Source of the DNA: Leptospirales bacterium | GTDB taxonomy: Bacteria; Spirochaetota; Leptospiria; Turneriellales; JAOUFE01 | NCBI GenBank assembly: GCA_040326155.1 | Contig: JBEQLE010000058.1 | Span: 1 to 28,789, forward strand | Length of the DNA stretch: 28,789 nucleotides | Direction: 5' to 3' | Shown: positions 18,135 to 26,027 of the stretch, piece by piece | Position numbering within the stretch: position 1 is the stretch's first letter | How the letters are laid out: every line of letters begins with the position of its first letter | Translations under genes and position numbers: made by a program | The notes under the pieces: model-generated | The model's database searches: none | What the model saw: only the letters and a program-made list of their open reading frames with translations | Told to the model about the DNA's origin: nothing

Positions 18135-18791
18135 ATGACTATAAATCTGCCTGTTGGTAGTGACAGCGATTTAGATGAGATTAGTAAACTATTTGTTGAA
18201 GCCGAAAAAATAATCAAATCTATTGAAAAATTAGACAAGGGATTAGTCTCACCGTCTGTAAATCAATTAAGATATTTAGCACACCATCTTATAAGAATTC
18301 TTCAAAATAATATTGACATTGAAGACAAAAAAGAAAATATTAAATTAGCTAAAAATCATTGCAAAAGATCAATATATGATGCAAATGAAGTTGGTATACT
18401 TTACTTATTAACTAAAATATCAAATTTTCAAGCTGGTTATAGGTTTATATCTTTATCGAAACATTTTAATAATTATCCTGATAATTTATTTCGTATTAAT
18501 GAAATTAATAAATTTGTAGAAGTCCCATTAAGCGATGGGGAGAAAATAAAATATTACGATAAAGTAAGTCAGCATTATATCGAACTAAGAGATCTTAGTG
18601 AACTATTTGAATCAAATAGATCTGAAATAAACAAAAATTATCTTTTGAAAATAGGTGTAGGTATTTTTGTAACAATTATTCTCGGTGCTATTTTTATTCC
18701 ATTGCTCTCTGGTTATTTTTCTAAAATGGGCGAGTCATATTTTAGAAATAATTCAAAAGATACATCAGCAAAAATAGAATTAAAACAATAA
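18135..18791 (+). CDS. Helical hypothetical protein with HEPN-like RxxxxH motif and C-terminal TM helix
   Basis: NQLRYLAHH and AKNHCKRSIYD motifs; hydrophobic IGVGIFVTIILGAIFIPLLSGYF; very low GC. Confidence 0.75.
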   Translation: MTINLPVGSDSDLDEISKLFVEAEKIIKSIEKLDKGLVSPSVNQLRYLAHHLIRILQNNIDIEDKKENIKLAKNHCKRSIYDANEVGILYLLTKISNFQAGYRFISLSKHFNNYPDNLFRINEINKFVEVPLSDGEKIKYYDKVSQHYIELRDLSELFESNRSEINKNYLLKIGVGIFVTIILGAIFIPLLSGYFSKMGESYFRNNSKDTSAKIELKQ

Positions 18792-18858
18792 TTTGTAATT
18801 AGTAAATAAATCATAAAATTACAACCTAAACCTCTATGTCCGATAGGGGATGATTGCG

Positions 18859-18904
18859 AATATATTTGTTTCTTAAAATCATGTTAATCCTGTAAATCCT
18901 GTCT
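18859..18904. repeat. Family B repeat (tandem 9-mer AATC(C/A)TGTN), right arm
   Basis: AATATATTTGTTTCTTAA-AATCATGTT-AATCCTGTA-AATCCTGTC-T; identical to 16891-16927 except for one extra 9-mer. Confidence 0.85.
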
Positions 18905-18941
18905 AGGTTCTCTTTCTTCATACTTTAAAAGTATAAACCGA

Positions 18942-19050
18942 TCTGTAGTGCGGTCGCATTCCGAACTATCACCTAATTCTTGTGCGGGCGCGATTTATCG
19001 CGGCCCTACCTTTACCGTTCGAAAATACAACTCTGGCGGACGGCCTGACT
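18942..19050 (-). repeat. Family D element, longest copy, carrying two GTAG-type REP hairpins
   Basis: GTAGTGCGG-TCGCATT-CCGAACTA (18945-18968) and GGGCGCGATTTATCGCGGCCCTAC (18985-19009); colinear with 25395-25482. Confidence 0.8.
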
Positions 19051-19081
19051 CTTCTTTGTGAAATCTGTTCCTATATGGAAG

Positions 19082-20461
19082 TTAAAAACGGTTTTGTTGT
19101 AATCTTTTCTTATAAATAACCTGGATACCGATTAAGAAGAAAAATGCGGTGAGGCTGATGGTGGCTGTGTATAAGAACAGGGAACCGACGTCCCAGATGC
19201 GAGTAAAAGCGGGAAAGGCGCTTAGGCCCTGTTCCAATTTTCTTTGCATGGCTCCGGTAAAACCGACATGCAACCAGAAGGAAATAATATACAAAGCTAG
19301 TAAGGCGGAAATTCGCATTAACCACACTTCGTCGAATTTTTTCTGTTTCTTTTCAACAGATTGTACGCTCGAAACATATTTTAATGTCAGACTTAAAATA
19401 AACAGGCAAAATAGTAATATGCGGTTTCCGTCATTCCATAACGAGAAGTCTACAAACGAACTGACCCAGGTTATTGCCAGTAAAGTTTTACCTATGGCGT
19501 AAAAAAGGACAAATACAATAATCGTTGCTGCGAGATTTTGCAGAAAAATATTATTCCCCATCTCGTTGCTACGAAGTTTCAGTTTATGTAGAATACGAAT
19601 TATAAATAAACCATAAAGCGTTTGAAAAAATATCCCGAAAAAGTTTATAAAAGTCAATTTATTGCCCCAGGGAAGGTTCGCTGCAACACTCCATACACAA
19701 AGCAAAGCTAAAAGAGCAATATGTCTTTTATGAATAAGTCTATTAGGCACTCTGGCGTTTAGTGTGCTGTTTTTCGATTTTCCAAAGTTTTTAGATTTTT
19801 GTGCGGTTTTTTTATTTTCCAAACCGGTTTCATCCGTATCTGATTTAGATAATATATCTTTTAGCATATATTTATCAATTAAAACTAAAATCAATACAAC
19901 GGGAATAAGTTCCCAGCCGATCAGTTCTATCGTGCGTTGCCAAATTAACTGAAAATTCCCGTTCCAAATCGAAATAGAGCTTAAAAAACCGACAGGCACA
20001 GCCATGTTGTGAATTATATAAAACAGAAAAAACAGACTCAACATAATACCGTGAAGTCTGGCTTTATTACCAGAATCTTTTTGCCTGTAAAATCGGAGCA
20101 AAATTACCGACGCACTAAAAATAATGAAAATATCGAATATTAACTCTGGCTGGGCTAACTCCATATTTTGCGTTTTACCGAACAATGCGAAGAAAAGACC
20201 TGCGACCAAAGCACTATTGTACATATACACAGGCCAATTCGAATAGGCTTTTTGCATAAACTCTTGTTTGTAATTTTCGTATATCTTTTGGAAGCAATAA
20301 TTCAGGTAGACGCCTAGAACAATGGCATTACTGAAAAACAGATAACTGGTCGCGGTATTCATTGTTCCATAAGATAAAACAGGAAAAAATATATACAGAA
20401 CTGAATAGATTACGGAAAAAGCGGCTACTGTCAGCCAGAATAGTATAATAGAAAAAAACAT
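19082..20461 (-). CDS. Polytopic membrane protein, divergent homologue of cbb3-type cytochrome c oxidase subunit I (CcoN) lacking the metal-ligand histidines
   Basis: About 12 hydrophobic segments; colinear CcoN-like blocks LSYG, GKTQNMELAQPELIFDI, IIHNMAVPVGFLSSISIWNG..QLIWQ, VSSFVDFSLWNDG, LYIISFW..FTGAMQR. Confidence 0.7.
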   Translation of the reverse strand: MFFSIILFWLTVAAFSVIYSVLYIFFPVLSYGTMNTATSYLFFSNAIVLGVYLNYCFQKIYENYKQEFMQKAYSNWPVYMYNSALVAGLFFALFGKTQNMELAQPELIFDIFIIFSASVILLRFYRQKDSGNKARLHGIMLSLFFLFYIIHNMAVPVGFLSSISIWNGNFQLIWQRTIELIGWELIPVVLILVLIDKYMLKDILSKSDTDETGLENKKTAQKSKNFGKSKNSTLNARVPNRLIHKRHIALLALLCVWSVAANLPWGNKLTFINFFGIFFQTLYGLFIIRILHKLKLRSNEMGNNIFLQNLAATIIVFVLFYAIGKTLLAITWVSSFVDFSLWNDGNRILLFCLFILSLTLKYVSSVQSVEKKQKKFDEVWLMRISALLALYIISFWLHVGFTGAMQRKLEQGLSAFPAFTRIWDVGSLFLYTATISLTAFFFLIGIQVIYKKRLQQNRF

Positions 20462-20467
20462 CTTACG

Positions 20468-21424
20468 TTATAAAGTATTAAAATAATCGCTGTCTTTTGG
20501 TAAATTCGACCTACGAGGTCGCATAGCCAACAGATCACCATTGACATTGTAAATACTTCTTTTGCCCAGAATCTCACCTTTTAATTCATCCGAATCAGGC
20601 TCTTCCCTCTCCCCTTTCATTTGGTTGGCAAGGTCAATTCCCTCTCGAATTTGCACCAACTCTTCTGGTTCTGCGCTTATGGCATGGTCGGGACCTTCCA
20701 TATTCTTATCCAGAGTAAAATGTTTTTCTATAACCGTGGCCCCTAACATAGCCGAGGCAAAAGCCGCCTGGGCACCCTGGCTGTGGTCCGAAAAACCGCT
20801 CATGGAACCGATCTCTCTACGAATTTTTACGATGGTATCTAAATTTAATTGATCGGTTGGCGCTGGGTAATTTGAAACACAGTGTAAAAAGACTACATCT
20901 TTAAAATTAAACATTTTAAAAAAGGCTGCGCTTTTTTCTATATCATTCCAATACGAAGCCCCGGTAGAGACAAAATGCGGTATTTTATATTTTACTGTTT
21001 CTTTCAGTAACATATAATTATTCAAATCTCCCGAAGCGATTTTGAAAAAAGGTACTCTAATTTGAGCCAGTATTTCAACCCAGTCTGTAGTTAAAGGAGT
21101 AGAAATAAAATCTATACCATTATTATCAGCAGCCTTTTTTAATACATCGTGATCATGTTCAGATAGTTCATATCGGGAAAATATATCATAAATGGCCCTG
21201 GCTTCAGCTGATTCCTTATCGATAAATTTATCAGTAGTGTAGGACTGAAATTTTACGCAGTCTGCTCCACACTGTGCAGCTTTTTCGATCATGGTAGAGG
21301 CAAAATCCATATCGTTATTATGGTTTAAACCAATTTCAGCAATTAAGTATGGTTTACGCTCTTCAGAAATTACCCGAGAACTGTGATTCGAAAATATTTT
21401 TTGAGAAAAAAAATGATCAGACAT
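20468..21424 (-). CDS. neuB: NeuB-family N-acetylneuraminate/nonulosonic acid synthase
   Basis: YLIAEIGLNHN, GADCVKFQ, FKIASGDLNN, LHCVSNYP, GFSDHS, IEKHFTLD..GPDH. Confidence 0.93.
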   Translation of the reverse strand: MSDHFFSQKIFSNHSSRVISEERKPYLIAEIGLNHNNDMDFASTMIEKAAQCGADCVKFQSYTTDKFIDKESAEARAIYDIFSRYELSEHDHDVLKKAADNNGIDFISTPLTTDWVEILAQIRVPFFKIASGDLNNYMLLKETVKYKIPHFVSTGASYWNDIEKSAAFFKMFNFKDVVFLHCVSNYPAPTDQLNLDTIVKIRREIGSMSGFSDHSQGAQAAFASAMLGATVIEKHFTLDKNMEGPDHAISAEPEELVQIREGIDLANQMKGEREEPDSDELKGEILGKRSIYNVNGDLLAMRPRRSNLPKDSDYFNTL

Positions 21425-21425
21425 A

Positions 21426-22559
21426 TCAACGACGTCTTTTTCTATATCGTAAGCCCGTCAAAATTATCGCAGGGTTAATATGCTTACCATTTCTGGTTAC
21501 CTCAAAATGGAGGTGCGGTCCGGTTGAATAACCAGTATTTCCCGATTTAGCAATAACTGTACCTTGAACAACACGAGAGCCTTTTCTGACATAAATTTTA
21601 CTCAGGTGACCGTAAAGCGTTTTATACCCGCCAGGATGAGAGATAATAACTACATTACCATACCCTCCCAGTCGACCGGCGTAGACAACCCTGCCGCCTT
21701 TTGCAGCGCGAACAGAGGTGTAATTAGCTTTTAAATCTAAACCCTTATGAAAAGCTCTTCGAGGATACCTTCTCGGGCCATACCGAGAGGTTACAATTCG
21801 GCTGCTGACAGGAAATAGCCACGACCTGATAATATTCTTAGGCTTGGCGCCGGGTAAAAATACTTCCTGCCCAACTTCCAGCAGGTCTGTGTTTATACCC
21901 GGGTTTTCTTCTAAAAATTTATCGTAACCAACAGTGTACTTGGTCAGTACCTGGGCAAGTCTCTCATTTTTCTTAATCGAATAAAAGAACCCTTCTTTAT
22001 TAGGAATAGATAATTTCTGGCCTACTCTCAAGTGATCGAGAATTTGAATACCGGAAGAACCTGCAATCGATTCAACAGATACTTTAGATATTGAGGCAAT
22101 AGCAGAGAGCGTGTCCCCTTTTTGGACAATATACTCTCTTTTAAATAAGGTTGGTATCTCTTCAGAACCTTCAACAATTTCACTTTCCGCTTCAATTTGC
22201 TGAAGTAGTTGATCTTTTAAAACTTCATCCTGGTCTTCCCGGGTTGTCGCTTCGTTTTGGCCGGTTCCGCCTCCACCAATACCGGTAGAAGTAATATTTT
22301 TTGCTTTATTCGCAGGTACCGAAGAAATGATAAAAGCCCCACTGATGAGCAGAACAAAACCGGCTACCACATACTTGTGCTTTTCGAGGTGGTTTAAAAT
22401 TTTAGGGATAATAAATACGTGAGATTTAGTTGCGTTATTTTTTATATACGATATGACCAGACGGCTACGATTATGCAGCGCAATCTTCCATTGCCTTTTA
22501 CGGCCCGTAGATTTATACGAAGGTTGACCCTTCTTTTTAACAATACCTTTCCAGTCCAT
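21426..22559 (-). CDS. Membrane-anchored LysM + M23 peptidoglycan endopeptidase
   Basis: N-terminal TM, two LysM repeats (YIVQKGDTLSAIA), HKGLD and TGPHLHFEV zinc motifs. Confidence 0.93.
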   Translation of the reverse strand: MDWKGIVKKKGQPSYKSTGRKRQWKIALHNRSRLVISYIKNNATKSHVFIIPKILNHLEKHKYVVAGFVLLISGAFIISSVPANKAKNITSTGIGGGGTGQNEATTREDQDEVLKDQLLQQIEAESEIVEGSEEIPTLFKREYIVQKGDTLSAIASISKVSVESIAGSSGIQILDHLRVGQKLSIPNKEGFFYSIKKNERLAQVLTKYTVGYDKFLEENPGINTDLLEVGQEVFLPGAKPKNIIRSWLFPVSSRIVTSRYGPRRYPRRAFHKGLDLKANYTSVRAAKGGRVVYAGRLGGYGNVVIISHPGGYKTLYGHLSKIYVRKGSRVVQGTVIAKSGNTGYSTGPHLHFEVTRNGKHINPAIILTGLRYRKRRR

Positions 22560-22645
22560 ACTCTCTCAAAACTTTATATATATGTTATCGTCATAAACGA
22601 CTTTTCATGTTAACTATTTGGTGCAATAAAATTGGTTTTTTCGAA

Positions 22646-23035
22646 CTAATCGGTACGGTTGACCCCAAATGATTCTAGTACTATTTTTTCGATATCTTTT
22701 TTCTGTCCGCCAGTAATTGTAACACTACCTTTTAGCAATACACCTTTGGCTACATGTATAGAAGGCGCTTGAATATCACCAACCATTTTGCCTGTTTCCG
22801 AAAGTCGCACTTCGTTCGTGGCTTCAATATCGCCAATCAATGTTCCAGAAATTAATACATTTTTTGCATCAATATTCGTCTTGACCCGACCTCTCTCACC
22901 GATTACCAGCATATCGTCGGTTTTAATTTCACCTTCGAACTTACCGTCGATTTTTAAACTGCCTGCAATATAAAATTGCCCTTCAAATACGGAACCTTCT
23001 CCAATTACGGAGTTCATTTGATCATCTCTAGCCAT
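22646..23035 (-). CDS. Bactofilin (polymer-forming cytoskeletal protein)
   Basis: NSVIGEGSVFEG..LKIDGKFEGEI..IGERGRV..ISGTLIGDI beta-helix repeats; ATG 23035 with GAGG SD; classic adjacency to an M23 peptidase. Confidence 0.93.
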   Translation of the reverse strand: MARDDQMNSVIGEGSVFEGQFYIAGSLKIDGKFEGEIKTDDMLVIGERGRVKTNIDAKNVLISGTLIGDIEATNEVRLSETGKMVGDIQAPSIHVAKGVLLKGSVTITGGQKKDIEKIVLESFGVNRTD

Positions 23036-23150
23036 ACATACCAACCTCTGTTGTTTTGATTTACTGACAAGCTTTTTCTTTTTAAAAGGTTAATGCGTTG
23101 CTTATAAAGTACAATATTGAAAATTTTAAATAATCCTATAGAAAAAATGG

Positions 23151-23179
23151 TTGTAGCAATATTAAGCGCCTGATACAAT
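23151..23179 (+). promoter_or_regulatory. Putative sigma70 promoter of dctP (extended -10, leaderless)
   Basis: TTGTAG-N17-TACAAT with upstream TGn; ATG 5 nt downstream; no SD. Confidence 0.45.
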
Positions 23180-23184
23180 GAATA

Positions 23185-24177
23185 ATGAAAAAGAAAATCT
23201 ACCTGTTTACCCTTATTGCCACTCTAATATTGCCAAACTTTGTTGGACGCATTCATGCCCATGGTCCTTATATAATTAAATACGCTTCATTGGCTCCAGA
23301 AGGGAGCATTTGGGGCAAATACGTCCGTATGATGCAGCAAGAAATAGAAAGCAGAAGCGCTGGTCGAATTAAATTTACGCCCTATTTAGGTGGTGTGGCC
23401 GGAGATGAAAAAACCATATCCAAAAAATTACAGGCTGGCTTAATTCACATCGCTTCTTTTACTGGACAGGGCATGGGGCAAATGTTGCCTGCTGTTCGAA
23501 TATTTGAATTACCAATGCTTTTTAACAGTTATACCGAAGTCGACCGAGCTGTAGCAGCTATAGGGCCCGACCTTGAAAATCAGTTTAAAGCGCGCGGTTT
23601 AGTGTTAGCTGGTTGGGGTGAAGGCGGTTTTGTCTATTTATTGTCCAAAAAACCAATTAATACAGCCGATTCAATGAAGGGAATGCGCATCTGGGCTCCA
23701 GCAGGAGATACCGTGGTGAAAGCCCTTTTTATTAAGTACGGTTTTGTCCCCACTTACGTTGGCATAGAATCAGTTTTACCACAACTACAAACCGGTGGTC
23801 TTGAAGCAGTCTATGGCCCTCCCATGGCAGTCATTGGGTTACAATGGTTTCGAGAAGTGAACTATATAACGAACTTAAAACTAGCCTACTCTGTTGGCGG
23901 TACGCTCATGAATAAAAGAAAACTCGAAGAGCTACCTCCCGATTTGCAGGCTATTATTCTGGATGTATTTAAAACCTACTCTCGAAAACTTGTTCTTGAA
24001 TTGCGCTCTCAGAATGACCGAGCTTTAAAGACATTGCAAAGTTATAATATTAAAATGATATCCATGACATCGGGCGATATAACAAAACTTCGCAGTTCAG
24101 CGGTTGAAGTACAAAATTCCCTGTCGGGCACCCTTTACCCGAGAACTCTGCTCGATAAACTTCGAAGGGCTAAGTAA
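23185..24177 (+). CDS. dctP: TRAP transporter substrate-binding protein (DctP, TPAT-like subfamily)
   Basis: Signal peptide ending IHA; IKYASLAPEGSIW, SAGRIKF..YLGGVAGDE, FELPMLF, LQTGGLE. Confidence 0.88.
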   Translation: MKKKIYLFTLIATLILPNFVGRIHAHGPYIIKYASLAPEGSIWGKYVRMMQQEIESRSAGRIKFTPYLGGVAGDEKTISKKLQAGLIHIASFTGQGMGQMLPAVRIFELPMLFNSYTEVDRAVAAIGPDLENQFKARGLVLAGWGEGGFVYLLSKKPINTADSMKGMRIWAPAGDTVVKALFIKYGFVPTYVGIESVLPQLQTGGLEAVYGPPMAVIGLQWFREVNYITNLKLAYSVGGTLMNKRKLEELPPDLQAIILDVFKTYSRKLVLELRSQNDRALKTLQSYNIKMISMTSGDITKLRSSAVEVQNSLSGTLYPRTLLDKLRRAK

Positions 24178-24207
24178 AGCTCAGGCGCGTTAAAAAAATT
24201 GATTTCG

Positions 24208-25272
24208 CTAATTTTTCGCCCGCAACATTCCACACGCAGCTTCGATGTCCCCGCCTTGTGAAAACCGATAGAAAACCGTAGCACCATGTTGTTTCATGGC
24301 CTGCATGAACGTTTCCACTTCTTCTTCATCAGGAGCGTCATATTTACCATCGGTTACGTTTACACCGATTAAATTAACCTTGGCGCCCATTCTACGCGAA
24401 GCGCTGGCCAACTTAGCCGCATCTTCATTGCTCATGTTGACACCTTTCATTAAAGTATATTCCAATGTCACCTGAAAGGGCCGAAATTTTTGCATATTGG
24501 TACACATATAATCGACTAGATCTTGAATCGGCCACTTCGACTCTGCTTTTACAAGATTGTATCTTAAAACAGGGTCCAACGTATGAACCGAGATAGCCAG
24601 GTTATACGGTTGAACCTCTTCTATATATTGAACCACTCTGGGGTAAACGCCAACCGTACTAATCGTAATCTTTCTAGCGCTAATACCCTTACCCTCTTCA
24701 CTCGACAACATGGCAGCCGCTTTCATCGTGTGGTCATAATTCATAAACGGCTCGCCCATCCCCATAAATACAACATTTGTAACCCGAGCCCCTGCAATTT
24801 TTTCCATTTCATAGACTTGAGCCACAATTTCACCGCAGCTTAAATTACCATCAAAAGGGATTTTCCCGGTGGCGCAAAAAGAACAATCGAGCGAACAACC
24901 CGCCTGCGTCGATACGCATACCGTTATCCTCTCATTGGAAAATATTAAAACCGATTCAATTTTTTTACTACTTACGTTTCCAGCTTCGCTTGTACGCGAA
25001 AATTCCCACACAATTTTAATAGCGCCATCGACACCAGAATCACGGCGATCCACCATTTTAATGGAGACGGGCTGCAAATTATCCTGCACATCTTGTTTTA
25101 AAGCTTGAGGGATGTTTTGCATTTCATTAAAATCAAATTGATTTTTATTGTGCAGCCACTTATAAACCTGTTTCGCCCTGTAACCGGGATAATTAAATTG
25201 TTTTAAAAAGTTTTCCCAATCGGGTATATCTAGATCGAGAACCATGGGAGTTTTATTATTTGTATTATTCAT
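24208..25272 (-). CDS. rlmN: 23S rRNA m2A2503/tRNA m2A37 radical SAM methyltransferase
   Basis: YRAKQV..W, IESVLI, CVSTQAGCSLDCSFC, FMGMGEP, GGDIEAACGML. Confidence 0.95.
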   Translation of the reverse strand: MNNTNNKTPMVLDLDIPDWENFLKQFNYPGYRAKQVYKWLHNKNQFDFNEMQNIPQALKQDVQDNLQPVSIKMVDRRDSGVDGAIKIVWEFSRTSEAGNVSSKKIESVLIFSNERITVCVSTQAGCSLDCSFCATGKIPFDGNLSCGEIVAQVYEMEKIAGARVTNVVFMGMGEPFMNYDHTMKAAAMLSSEEGKGISARKITISTVGVYPRVVQYIEEVQPYNLAISVHTLDPVLRYNLVKAESKWPIQDLVDYMCTNMQKFRPFQVTLEYTLMKGVNMSNEDAAKLASASRRMGAKVNLIGVNVTDGKYDAPDEEEVETFMQAMKQHGATVFYRFSQGGDIEAACGMLRAKN

Positions 25273-25394
25273 AATTTTACAATTTCAAGTCTACTTTCAC
25301 TTTTTACCGGCACCAGACCAAACTGGAATTCCATATAAACATAACTCCATGTTCTGATGCCTCGTAAATTATTTTTGAACACTACCAAGAAAAA

Positions 25395-25482
25395 AATCAG
25401 GCCGTCTACAAAGCGGTCTCATACAAACGTAAAGGTAATATCGTCCATTAGAACATAGCTCGGAATGCGACCGCAAAACAGG
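25395..25482 (+). repeat. Family D element, copy 4
   Basis: TCAGGCCGTC..AACGTAAAGGTA..ATTAG..TAGCTCGGAATGCGACCGCA; the last 27 nt match the reverse complement of 18942-18968 at 23/27. Confidence 0.8.
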
Positions 25483-25563
25483 GGGTGTATCGATGTGTAA
25501 AGCATCACGTAGTTAGAAAATTCGGTGGTTGGTTTTTTTTCGGTGGGGAATTTCCGAACCTGG

Positions 25564-25740
25564 TTTTATAAGGAAGGCAAGAATTGCAGGAAAAGAGGGA
25601 CAAGGAAAAGAAAGAGAAGAAAATTTGACAGGATTAACCGATTTACAGGTTAAGAAAAGAGAAGTGAAATTGCAGACAATCTTTTCTTATAATCATGTTA
25701 ATCCTGTAAATCCTGTCTATTAATCTTTATCTTTTCCTGA
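25564..25740. repeat. Gene-less nested palindrome: family A (25564-25599), family B left arm (25625-25660) and right arm (25680-25720)
   Basis: TTGACAGGATTAACCGATTTACAGGTTAAGAAAAGA-N19-TCTTTTCTTATAATCATGTTAATCCTGTAAATCCTGTCTA can fold into a long imperfect hairpin. Confidence 0.8.
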
Positions 25741-25793
25741 TGACCAAGTGAAATTCGTAGTGACAGTATGTTTCCGAAAACGGAATTATCGCT

Positions 25794-26027
25794 ATGGATT
25801 ACTATAAAGTTTCGCAACCGGTACCGGGCAAAGGAATGGCCTGGACCTATTATGAATTGGAAGACGAAAAAATTAAACGTGTGCTTACCCACCTCCCTGA
25901 AACCGGGGATACCACTTTGTACCCGAAGCCAAAAATGAAAACGTTGTTTGAACCCGAAAGGTTAACTGAAACTGACGCAGAGGAATTTCTGGAAATCTGG
26001 AAAGCCGGTGAGGCCGCTGGAAGCTGA
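25794..26027 (+). CDS. Hypothetical protein, 77 aa
   Basis: ATG with GGA SD, protein-like composition, overlaps the start of the next gene. Confidence 0.7.
   Translation: MDYYKVSQPVPGKGMAWTYYELEDEKIKRVLTHLPETGDTTLYPKPKMKTLFEPERLTETDAEEFLEIWKAGEAAGS

Noticed and set aside
15636..18904. CRISPR array or canonical integron attC array
   Set aside because: No regular repeat-spacer period, no cas or intI gene; the palindromes lack properly paired RYYYAAC/GTTRRRY boxes, and the 16807-16980 unit is longer than typical attC sites
25529..25892. Two 64-aa ORFs (e.g. ending NHVNPVNPVY)
   Set aside because: Translations of the A/B repeat arms; the NPV periodicity simply reflects the 9-mer
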